NCBI GenBank assembly: GCA_951406725.2
Contig: OX597824.1
Coordinates: forward strand, 70,308,001 to 70,372,000
Length of the DNA: 64,000 nt
Reading direction: 5' to 3'
From: Octopus vulgaris
Lineage: Eukaryota
Part shown: in pieces, positions 43,985 to 56,137 of the stretch
How the letters are laid out: each line of letters starts with the position of its first letter
How positions within the stretch are numbered: the first letter of the stretch is position 1
Position numbers and translations under genes: made by a program
Notes under the pieces: generated by a model
The model's input: only the letters and a program-made list of their open reading frames with translations
Database searches by the model: none
What the model was told of the DNA's origin: nothing

Positions 43985-44714
43985 TTATGCATGTGTGTCT
44001 GTATGTATGTATTTACAAGTCTATATTCTATTAATATACCATTCCTGGGGATTCTACCACTACGGTTATTACAGTAGCTGTTTGATGACTCATTGATGTC
44101 TGTCCTAAGCAAAAGCAACAAAAAGCTACAACAACAAAAACAATAACAACAACTGCAACAACAACAACAACAACTGCAACAAATGCTATCAGTTGTTGTA
44201 GTCATTGTTTAGAAACTCTGGGACATCAATTTACCAAATGCCTTTACCAAATCTCATTCTATCGAATATATGACATGAAATAAGGAGGGAGGAGGTAGAA
44301 GCGGAGGCGGGACAGAGCCAATGTTATCCAAGAACTAAACTCAAGCATTGCATGTGTAAACCGTAAATTAGATAGCAATCATCAATATTTGAAAATTAAT
44401 TCATAAGCACTGTTGTTATTTTAACTATGGGGGATTGGACTGGATTGGAAACTCACTATGACAGCAAATTAACATACGATCATGCACTTAATAAAACAGA
44501 CATATGCACACACACACACACCTATATATATATATATACATATATGTATTGATATAGATATATACAGATATAGATATACACACACATATGTATGTATATA
44601 TATATATGTATATATATGTATATATACAGATATAGATATACACACACATATGTATGTATATATATATATGTATATATATGTATATATATAAATATGTATG
44701 TATATATATAAATA

Positions 44715-44762
<48 letters not shown>

Positions 44763-44796
44763 TAGATATAGATATTCACACACAAATGTACATGCA

Positions 44797-44840
<44 letters not shown>

Positions 44841-46258
44841 AATATACATATATATATACGTATACATATATACACATATACACATATCAATATATGCATA
44901 CATATATACATTTATACATATGCATATACATATTTATGCATATAAATACATGCATATACATATATATATATATACATATTCATATATATATGCATATACA
45001 TGCATGTACATATATCTATACATATTCATATATATATGCATATACATACATATATATATTCATGTATATACTTACAAACACACACACACACATATATATA
45101 AAATCAGTATATAGTTATAATATATAGTTAGAGTGATCATTTTATAATTGCTTTCTATCATGTGGTGTGTATGTGTGCATGCATATTCTGATATATATAT
45201 ATACATACACAATATATAATACCCACACACGCTCACATCATACTCACACACACATATATAATAGGTAGAGTAAAAGTGCATACACACAAACATTTTACAA
45301 CACACACACTCACTTGTACACCAGATGTTTCTCAGACAACACAATAAAACTCATGTGATGCCTGTATATGCATACATACATTCATACTGACATATATATA
45401 TATATACAAACCCATACACAGGCACACATATACACACATACACTTACACACATACACGTATATACATACACGCATACAGAAGTTTATAAACACACATACA
45501 CAAGCACATAACATGATGACAAAAACTTTGCATGGATAAGGTTAGTCACAGCATCACCCTGAGGAGTAGAGGAGGAGGTGGAGGAGGGGGTAGAGGAGGA
45601 GGAGGAGGAGGAGGAGGGGAGAGGGAGAGGGAGGGGAGATGAGGATGAGGAGGTGGATGATGATGATGATGATGAGGAGGAGGAGGAGGAGGAGGAGGGG
45701 GAGGATAGAATTCTTAACATTTCAAGCAAAATGTAGGAGATGGCAGGGCGAAGGGGGCGGAGAGAGGGAGGGGAAAGAAGGGCAGCAGGGTGGATCCTTA
45801 ATGGTAACAATATATCTGCTACTGTGATAATATCACCACCAGTTCAGTACCCTTATAAAAGAACTGAAGAATGTGAAAAGACAAAAAAAAAAAAGAGAAA
45901 AAAAAAGAATAAAATACATGTTGCTCTCCAGTGAATGGATGACAGTATCATTATGTCTGCAGACAAAATACCTTGTGGTATTTGGATATGCCCCTTTGGG
46001 TTTGCAAATTGCTGTGATTGTGAACTTGGTTCCCATAACTACGTGGGATTTTTACCATTCTTTCATCATTCTTAACTGTTCCATTACCATATTTCTGTTG
46101 AGATGCACTGCTTCTGTTGCAATTAATGTTGAAAGTATCTTTCACTTGTTTCAGTCGTTAGACTGCAGCCATGCTGGGGCACCACCTTAGGGAAACACAC
46201 CAGCATCAGTTGTCAAACAATGGCAGGGGTAAACACACACATACATAAATATATACAT

Positions 46259-46626
46259 ACTAGCAGTATCGCCCGGCGTTGCTCGGGTTTGTAAGGGAAA
46301 TAACTATAAAGCATTTTTAGAGAGTTCAAAAAATGGAAAAAAAATGATGGTATGTTTTTTTTTTAGTTAAAAAGGTCGAGTTGCGTCCCCTAGACAGTCT
46401 GTGGTTTGTGTTTCTGATTCTGGACCCCATGTCGAATTTATCGATTTTTTTCAGAACTGGGGGAACTTTTCAAAATTTTCGCTGCGTTAGTTTTGAATTA
46501 TGACATTGGGCTATGTGTGTGTCAAGTTTCATCAGAATCGGTTGAAAGCCGTGGTCAGGGTGAGGGTACAACCTAACAGACACACAGAAACACACACAGA
46601 CAAACTGCCGTTTATATATAGAGAGA
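46259..46626 (+). mobile_element. Helentron/HINE-like non-autonomous element inserted in a SINE
   Basis: 5' ACTAGC followed by a CCCGGC-GTT-GCTCGGG hairpin, internal AAGTTTCATCAGAATCGG, and a 3' ACAGACAAACTGCCGTTTATATATAGAGA end. The halves of a minus-strand SINE flank it (46140-46258 and 46627-46775). Confidence 0.55.
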
Positions 46627-46837
46627 TATGATGGGCTTCCTTCAGTTTCTGTCAACCAAATCCACTCACAAGGCTTTGATCAGCCTGAGGCTACAGTAGA
46701 AGACACTTGCCCAAGGTTCCACATGGTGGGATTGAACCCAGAATCATGTGGTTGGGAAGCAAGCTTCTTACCACTTATATGTATTTATGTATGTATGTAT
46801 GTATGTATAATAATGTATGTATGTATGTATGTATATA

Positions 46838-47386
46838 TAAATGTGGTTTTGCAATTGCATGAATTATAAGTCAGAGAGTGATGGGATGAACTACCTGCAT
46901 CAACTTGCTATAAAAGCAGGTAGTAATTTTACCGTGACTTATTCTTAGTACAAGTTTTGAAGAGTGCAGTTTGATTTTAACAGTAATTTTTTCAAAGTTA
47001 TTATGGGAGTGACAAAGGAGCGTATTCAGCATATTTTGCTTCATGAGTTCAATAAAGCCAACAATGCAATGGAAAGTATGAGGAATATTAATGCAGTATA
47101 TGGGAAACAGACAATAAGCATAAGCCAGTGTCAACAGAGGTTCCAGAAATTCCAAGCCAGAGACTACAGCCTAGAAGACAAACCTTGGCTTGGAAAATCT
47201 GTAGGGCTTGACGTGACCATCTTACAAACCTCGATGGAACAAAATCCTACTGTAACTGTTGAGGAACTAGCAGAGAAGCTTGGATTTGGTCATTCAAGAA
47301 TTCAATGATACCTGCATGCCATCGGAAAAGTTAGCCAATTGGGTCAATGGGTATAACAGAACCTCATTATTTATGGGATGACCCAA
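46838..47386 (+). mobile_element. Internally deleted mariner element; N-terminal HTH transposase pseudogene at 47003-47356
   Basis: Translation MGVTKERIQHILLHEFNKANNA...YG...QCQQRFQKF...YSLEDKP...TVEELAEKLGFGHS..*YLHAIGKVSQLGQWV*, stopping at the WVPHEL-motif position. Mariner-like right terminus CATTATTTATGGGATGACCCAA followed by TA. Confidence 0.85.
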
Positions 47387-47885
47387 TATATACATATATA
47401 TATATGTATATATATATACTCACACACACACGCATGCACCTATATATGCATATATATATATTTGAGTGTGTGTGTATAAATTTGTATGTATATATGTATA
47501 TGAGTATATGTGTGTATGTGTGCATTGTATCATCATCATCTAAAATAGATAGATGAATGGATGGACGGATGGACGGACGGACAGAGATAGATAGATAGAC
47601 AGATAGACAGACGGAGAGAAAGATAGATTTAAACTTTATATTCTTGCACTGGTTTCACTCGTAAGCAGCATTTACCAAAATATAAAAAAATATGTTAAAT
47701 AAAAACAAACAAATACAAACTTAAAACAAAAACAATTTCAAGTGTCTCACAAAATTTAAAATAACAGATATTGCAAATAAAATTCTTTATAGGCATTCCA
47801 TTTGCTTTTTATAACATTTTCCTTTATCATTTGTAAAGGGAATATCAGGGGTAGGATTAATACAATTACCATAGCTATTGTTCAG

Positions 47886-47920
<35 letters not shown>

Positions 47921-48357
47921 CTTTTGTTCTGGGTGGATCTACTCTGCAGTGGCCCAGAGATAGGGGTGGGTTCAGTATTTTCAGGTTTATAACTAATAAA
48001 CATGTTTATGTATGATGCACGCAAGTCCCCAAATCACACATACACACACACACACTTCTTTCGGTCTGTGCCAGACATACTTCGCTATGGATATGGCATG
48101 CTCAAAAGCTCATGCAGTGGTTTTTCGCTTTGTGTGTGGGGGGGATGGGTTTACCATATCCTATCTCAGAGTATAGAATTTTTCATACACACACACACAG
48201 ATAGATATGGATATAGATTAATAGATATATATTAAAATGTATATATACATATATACATACATTAGTATAATTATGTACAATTTACTAGAACCCACCCACC
48301 AAAATTTCAGGCCTTGTGACATTAATAGAGGGGATTATTATCGTTACTATTACTACT

Positions 48358-48407
<50 letters not shown>

Positions 48408-48543
48408 TATATACATACATATATACACATACATATATATACACACATACATACATATATATACATACACACATATATATACATACACACATATATATAC
48501 ATACACACATATATATACATACACACATATATATACATACACA

Positions 48544-48669
<126 letters not shown>

Positions 48670-48680
48670 CACACACACAC

Positions 48681-48781
<101 letters not shown>

Positions 48782-49058
48782 AGAGGAAAAATTATAAGAC
48801 AGAATGCTAAATTGAAAGTAAATTTTAATAAAAATGGGTGTATGGAAAATGTTTTAAAAATTAAAAACAGGTGTATGGAAAATTTAAAAAAAAACCATAA
48901 TTTTCTTATGGTTTCTTAAACATTCTCTATGTACAAAACCAAATATATGGCACCATAGGCATAACACCAACATGAACTTCTAACTTGTTGTCTCTTGAGG
49001 TCTCTGGGTGAGACTTGGAGCCAACTTGTACAAATGCAAAGCAAAAGTCAAGCATAAA

Positions 49059-49113
<55 letters not shown>

Positions 49114-49290
49114 TGATGATGATGATGATGATAATAATAATGATAATAATAACAATACATAGTAGTAGTAGTAGTGGCAGTAGTAGTTTATTTGTTTATA
49201 ACAATGGAAGTGTTGCATTGAATTTCTCTGAGGGAATCGCTGATGTGAAGTAAACATAAAAAAAACTTGATTAATGTATGCGTAGAGTTT

Positions 49291-49340
<50 letters not shown>

Positions 49341-50327
49341 CATTTATGTTGTGATATGCAAAAAAAGTCATTTTTTTTCTCATTCGCTCTTTTGCCAACC
49401 TCTCTCTTTCCCAAACCCTCTCTATCTATATCTCTTGCACTCCCTACATATTACATATACAGGTAAAGACAGACAAAAGTATGCACATATAAATATATAC
49501 ACATGTGTATGCTTATATAAACATGCGTATGTATGTGCATATATAAAACATGCATATATATGTGTGTGTGTGTATGTGCATGTTATATGTACATGTAAAT
49601 ATATGAATATATATACACATATACACATACTTTTAAATAAACATATATAAATACACACACACACACACACAGATGTATATAAATAGACACATACACACAT
49701 AATATTCACACAAACAGATGTCACTTAATTAAAAAGTATAGAAAGTCACTTAATTAAGATAGAGTCACATGAATGAATAGCTTTTCAGCTATACATAAAT
49801 AACATCGCTTATTATCATCTCAATGGCTTGCTGTCTATTTATCTTCTAATCTATCTATTTCTGTGTCTACCTATCAAACGTGTATATAGAAGTATATCAT
49901 ATTTGTCTTTAATTTTTAATCATTATTATCATTTTCATTGTTTATGTTTATTGATAAATATATTTATTTTTATTATTATCCTTATTAGCTCTCTGTCGTT
50001 TTATCAAAAACCAGTGTTTGTAAATTATCCTTATTATTTTATTGCTATTACAATATATTATTTCACAACCTTCCTATTTTTTCCCCTTTTTTATTAGTTG
50101 AGTCAGAGGAAAAGAAACTGCTTCAATTCCCTGTTTTAGAGATTTCTAGGGACTCTGTAATTGTTGGGCAGAAGTGGGGAGGTAATTCTCTGATGGGAGA
50201 TCTGATCCTACTGCTTCTAACAAAGTAGACTATTTCCACTGAAAGCTTCCAAAAGTCAAGTGGTCATATTAAACCAAGTAACAATTTAAAATAATTACAA
50301 TTTGTGGTGTCTTTTTGTGGCAAGAAA

Positions 50328-50369
<42 letters not shown>

Positions 50370-50953
50370 AAATCGATCAACATCAATGAAAATTGTAGCT
50401 GTGATACCAGTGCCGGTGGCACGTAAAAAGCACCATCCGATCGTGGCCATTGCCAGCCTTGAAAGGTGGCACGTAAAAAGCACCATCTGACCGTGGCCAT
50501 TTGCCAGCCTCGTCTGGCACCTGTGCAGGTGGTATGTAAAAAGCACTCACTACACTCACGGAGTGGTTGGTGTTAGGAAGGGCATCCAGCCGTAGAGACA
50601 TTGCCAGATCAGACTGGGCCTGGTGCAGCCTTCTGGCTTCCCAGACCCCAGTTGAACCGTCCAACCCATGTTAGCATGGAAAGCGGATCCTAAATGATGA
50701 TGATGATGATGATGATATGTATGTATGTATTAGCAATAATGTAACAATAGAGAATATGGGTACATCTTCAAAATTTATTTCCTTTTATTTTACAATGTCA
50801 TACAGCATATTTTCATGGTCATGATGACCTATGTGGGATTCCACCGCACCAAGTAAAGACAGTTACATATGCAACCATGCATAGTTTTCTGTGCAGCTTT
50901 GTTCAGGGTTTTTCAATCAGCTTGGCTTGAAGTGACTGAATTCATACATATAT

Positions 50954-50996
<43 letters not shown>

Positions 50997-51340
50997 TCAT
51001 CATCATTATCATCGTTTAACGTACGTTTTCCATGCTAGCCTGGGTTGGATGGTTCAGCCAGGGTCCTGGAAGCCAGGAGCTTGCACCAGACTCCAGTCTG
51101 ATCTGGCAGTGTTTCTACAGCTGGATGCCCTTCCTAACACCAACAACTCCGTGAGTGGAGTGGATGCTTTTTACGTGCCAACGGCATGGATGCCATTAAA
51201 GGCGGTGCTGGCATTGGCCAGGTTCGGATGATAAAAACAAACAAAATACTGCTAAGTATTTCACCCGGTATGCTAACGTTTCTGCCAGCTTGCCGCCTTA
51301 TATATATGCACATATATATATATGCACATATATATATATG

Positions 51341-51378
<38 letters not shown>

Positions 51379-51675
51379 TATTTTTTTTTAGAAAGTCCCA
51401 AATAAAGTCACTTATGGTAAGGGATTATGAAGGAGGAATTACGAATTTACTTCATAGACTTCAAAGAGATCAAGAGACAAGAAGTAGGGAAACAGTGAGA
51501 TGTTATACACACACACACACATACATACATGCATAATGTATGGAGAAATAGATGTACGTAATAAAAGTCGGTGTGGGGGGGGTCACATGCCTGATAACAA
51601 ATATGTTTAATATAGGAGGCAGGTGGATATGAAGTGAAATCATTCAATACATATGTGTGTGTGTATGAAGCCTAT

Positions 51676-51712
<37 letters not shown>

Positions 51713-51723
51713 CATATTCAAAA

Positions 51724-51924
51724 TGTGTGTACCGTTGGCGATTTTTTTTCCCCTGTCTTCCCTTCTCTGGATCTTTCCTTTTTGCTATGTTTCTGATGAA
51801 GAGCTCCGCTCGAAACGTTAAACCCTCCTTCTTTCCTTCCTTCCTGAGTGTCCAATAATACTATATTTGTTCCACGTCCTCGCGTTGTTGTGTTTTCTCT
51901 TTGTGTTTTCATGTTTGGATTAAC
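51724..51924 (+). mobile_element. ~200-bp non-autonomous repeat carrying a hammerhead ribozyme (Penelope-like/retrozyme-like), best-preserved copy
   Basis: Similar to 28492-28686 (+) and 1830-2020 (-). All three end in GTTTGGATTAAC next to a TA-type microsatellite. Confidence 0.7.
51789..51823 (+). ncRNA. Minimal type-I hammerhead ribozyme, canonical core
   Basis: GTTT-CTGATGA-A-GAGC-TCC-GCTC-GAA-ACGT-T-AAAC: helix I GTTT/AAAC, CUGAUGA core, helix II GAGC/GCTC, GAAA, palindromic ACGT in place of helix III. Confidence 0.75.
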
Positions 51925-51988
51925 TATATATATATATACAGTCCAACCTGTGCTAGTGCGGAAAACGGATGTTAAACGATGATGATGA

Positions 51989-52040
<52 letters not shown>

Positions 52041-52982
52041 GTATGTATATATATATATGTATGTGTATATATATATATGATGGACTCTCCAGTCATGAGA
52101 CAACACATGTGGGCTAAACAATTTCTTACCGAACAACCACACAGATGACTTGTTTATAGTGATCAAATGTTCGTGTAGACATAAAATCACTACCTCCATC
52201 AGATCGACATTACCTGTTCAAGTGCAACTGGGTGCCACATGTCAGATGTTGTAATGATTACAGAGCAACATGAAATGAAATGTTTTGCTCAGGAACACAA
52301 CGCAATGCCCGGTCTGGGAATCGAACCCACATTCTCGCAATCGGGAGTGCAACACCTTAACCACTAAGCCATGTGCCTTCATACATATATATATATACAC
52401 ACATACATACATACATTTACAGATACATACATATGAAGATATGCACAGATATATATTATATATATTCATAAATACATACACATATATACATATAAATATA
52501 AACACACATATATTTATACATACACATTAACCATATGAATATATATACTCGTATTTATATATACATACATACATACATATATATACATACATAAACATAT
52601 GTATGTCAGTATGTATGCATCATCATCATCATCATAGTTTAACATCCGCTTGAAGAATAGCTGGTATGGAACATGCGATGACTATGTAAGATGACAGTTT
52701 GTTAAGCAAGCCACTGGAGATTAAATTGAGAAGGAACCTGCATAGAAGAGGAAGACTTTGGAAGTTACAGGAAGAGGAAACAAAACCTGATCGTCCCAAG
52801 GAATTTGAATTTGTGTTAGGAAAGACCAATACAATCCATGCAACAGAGATGGGGAACTGAGTGCAAAAGTTACGGTGATGATGCTGATGATGATGTCATG
52901 TTTATTATTAGACACAGTGGCTATCAGTGTCAAATCCCAGTCTATCAGACAGAAGATTAATACAAGTCCATACATACACACA

Positions 52983-53018
<36 letters not shown>

Positions 53019-54130
53019 GCAAAAGATAAGAGCACATAAAAATATTGCTTGTCAGTAGCACAGGTAACATATATGCATATATAATATATATACACACATA
53101 CACTATATATGTGTGTGTGTGTTTGTGTGTGTATATATATATATATATATAAACATACATATATAAACACATACGCATACATATTTCCTTCTCTCTCCCT
53201 TCTATCTTTCTCTCTGTAGGTGTGTGTGTGCATGTATGTATGATGCAGATAGATATACACACAAAAATACACCAAGGTGCACACATGCATATAATATGTA
53301 TGTGTGTATGTATGTATATATATATATACATATATATATACACATACGGATATATTAGAGTTGATGCACATATTTACATGTATATACACAGACACACATG
53401 CATATATATATATATATACATACATGTGCATTCCTCTTCATGTACACATTATATATACATATGTATACATGTGTGTGTATATGTAGTATACCTGTATGTA
53501 TATATATATACACACACACACATGCACACATATATATACATACAAATGCTATTACCTTCTCTCTCTCTCTCTCTCTTACATACACACATACAGACACAAG
53601 CACATCACTCTTCTCTCTATCACTACCTGTTAGCATACACCCCTCTGGCTCACATCCTTTGCGTCCTCTTCCCAATCTCTGATTCTCACTATCACTCTTC
53701 CTGCCTCCATTAGTCCACTGCTCCATTCCATTTTTTGTTAGCCATTCAATGTCCTTACCAACAACAAACATGTAACAGCCTAACACCATCTCTCTTTATC
53801 CATCCCCTTTTCTATAACCTACTTGACTCTTATTACCCCGTGTCTCCCTCCTGTCATAATTATACACATACTTCCTCATCCTTTACCCTCACATATCGGT
53901 TCTCTCCCTTCACAATGCCAGTAACTTTAAGGAACATGTGTCACTCTTTTCCATCGACCCCTGTATATCAGTGATGCATTATATTATTAACTGCAAAAGG
54001 ATGACACGCTACATCAGTTAACAACAATAATGATGATGTATTAAACTCTACCAGTACATTCTGGAAAGTGACTGGTTGATAGGCATGGCTTTTCAACCAT
54101 AAGAATGATGCTAAAGGTGAAACATAGATG

Positions 54131-54905
54131 CAGGTGTGGCTGAGTGGTAAGAAGTTTGTTTCCCGGCTACAAGGTTCCCAGTTCTATCCCAGTGTGTGGC
54201 ACTTTGGGCAAGTGTCTTTTATCATAGCTTTGGGCAGACCAAAGCCTTGCAAGCAGATTTTGAGAGACAGAAACTGAAAGAAACCTATCGTGTGTGTGTG
54301 TGTTTTTGTCATCCATCACCACTTGACAATTGATGCTGGTGTGTTTACACCACCATATCTGTCTTGAGAAGTCCCATTCCATGCCTTGATATGACAATCG
54401 GGAGACATTGCTAACCAACCACATGGTTCCGGGTTCAGTCCCACTGTGTGGCATCTTGGGCAAGAGTCTTCTGCTATAGCCCCAGGCCAACCAATGCCTT
54501 GTGAGTGGATTTGGCAGACGGAAACTGAAAGAAGCCTGTCGTATATATGTATATGTATATATATATGTGTGTGTTTGTGTTTGTGTGTCTGTGTTTGTCC
54601 CCCTAACATTGCTTGACAACCGATGCTGGTGTGTTTACGTCCCCGTCACTTAGTGGTTCGGCAAAAGAGACCGATAGAATAAGTACTGGGCTTACAAAGA
54701 ATAAGTCCCAGGGTCGATTTGCTCGACTAAAGGCGGTGCTCCAGCATGGCCGCAGTCAAATGACTGAAACAAGTAAAAGAGAAAGAGAGAGAATTCAGCA
54801 GAAAGGGACAAAAGAATAAGTACCAGATTTTGAAAAAAAATAAACAAACAAAGCACTGGGTTGCCCCCGTATGGCCGCAGTCTAATGAGTGAAATAAGTA
54901 AAAGA
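54131..54905 (+). mobile_element. Old family-A SINE interrupted by a younger 5'-truncated family-A SINE (54408-54790)
   Basis: The old copy runs 54131-54350 up to GTGTTTAC and resumes at ~54793 (ATTCAGCAGAAAG...GAATAAGTACC). The young copy starts at TTGCTAACCAACC. Confidence 0.8.
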
Positions 54906-55473
54906 TAGAAAATACTAATGCAACAGGGACACCAATTGTTGCATTACATGCAATTGGCCCAGGAAGGCAGTTGACATTGGAAAAAAAACCTTAAAAAATG
55001 AAATAGGAGTGTAACAGTTTCGTTTTCCTCATATAAGACAATATCTTTGGTGCTTGTAACACATTAAAACACATCAGGGGGATAATATGAAATTGCTATC
55101 TTTAGGAAGGTTTATAGACCCACAGAAAACAAAAAATCACAAAATATGAGGAAGAAGATATGGTCTCTGCAACCCGTATTGATTGCAGGTTACCTATCTA
55201 AGAGGGTTAAACATAAGGGCAATTTTTTTTATTTCCTCTTTCCTTTCTTTCTCCCCCCCACCCCGACCCCGTTACATACACTCATCCACTCCTCCACTCA
55301 CTCGTTCTTACACACATTCACATATACTGACAACTGCAAACATACACGCACATGCTAAATTATATACGACTATATATAACATAAAATATACAATATCTTA
55401 TACAAGAAATTTCAATATTCAAAATATAAAACATATTGTCATTAATTATCATTTTGAATTAATATATATATAC

Positions 55474-55522
<49 letters not shown>

Positions 55523-55635
55523 CATATATATATATACATATATATATATACATATATATATACATATATATATACATATATATACATATATATATACATA
55601 TATACATATATATACATATATATATATACATATAT

Positions 55636-55721
<86 letters not shown>

Positions 55722-56128
55722 ATATATATATGTATATATATATATGTATATGTGTATATATATATATATATATTATGATGAAGTTAGTTCTTTTTTTACA
55801 TATGTATATAAAAATATAAACAGATATAGCACAAAATGCATACATGTGTACATATATATGTATATATGTATATATATATATATTTATATACACACACAAT
55901 AATATTCCACATAATCATTGAACGGTAACCACTGACCCTCATTTTGTAATAAAGAGAGACAATTAAAAGAAAAGCACAGGATACTGCAATGAAAACAACC
56001 AAATTGGGTAGCATTTTTTTTTTTGGGGAAATTTAAGAAATATATCGAAAGAAAAATATATCAAAAGAATTAACATAAATCTGAAATGAAGAAAAAAATA
56101 CCTGGAATAATTTTGTTTAGTGAAGTTC

Positions 56129-56137
56129 AAAGGATAT
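56129..56137 (-). other. U12-type (AT-AC class) 5' splice site ATATCCTTT, phase 0
   Basis: Minus strand reads ATG GCA CTG|ATATCCTTTGAAC, matching the U12 donor consensus RTATCCTTT. It lies just before where the homeodomain should begin, as with the U12 intron of Drosophila prospero. Confidence 0.88.

Noticed and set aside
56117-56137. ORF C-terminus ISFELH* as the true end of the protein
   Set aside because: It starts at the U12 donor and the homeo-Prospero domain is missing, so it is read-through into the intron.
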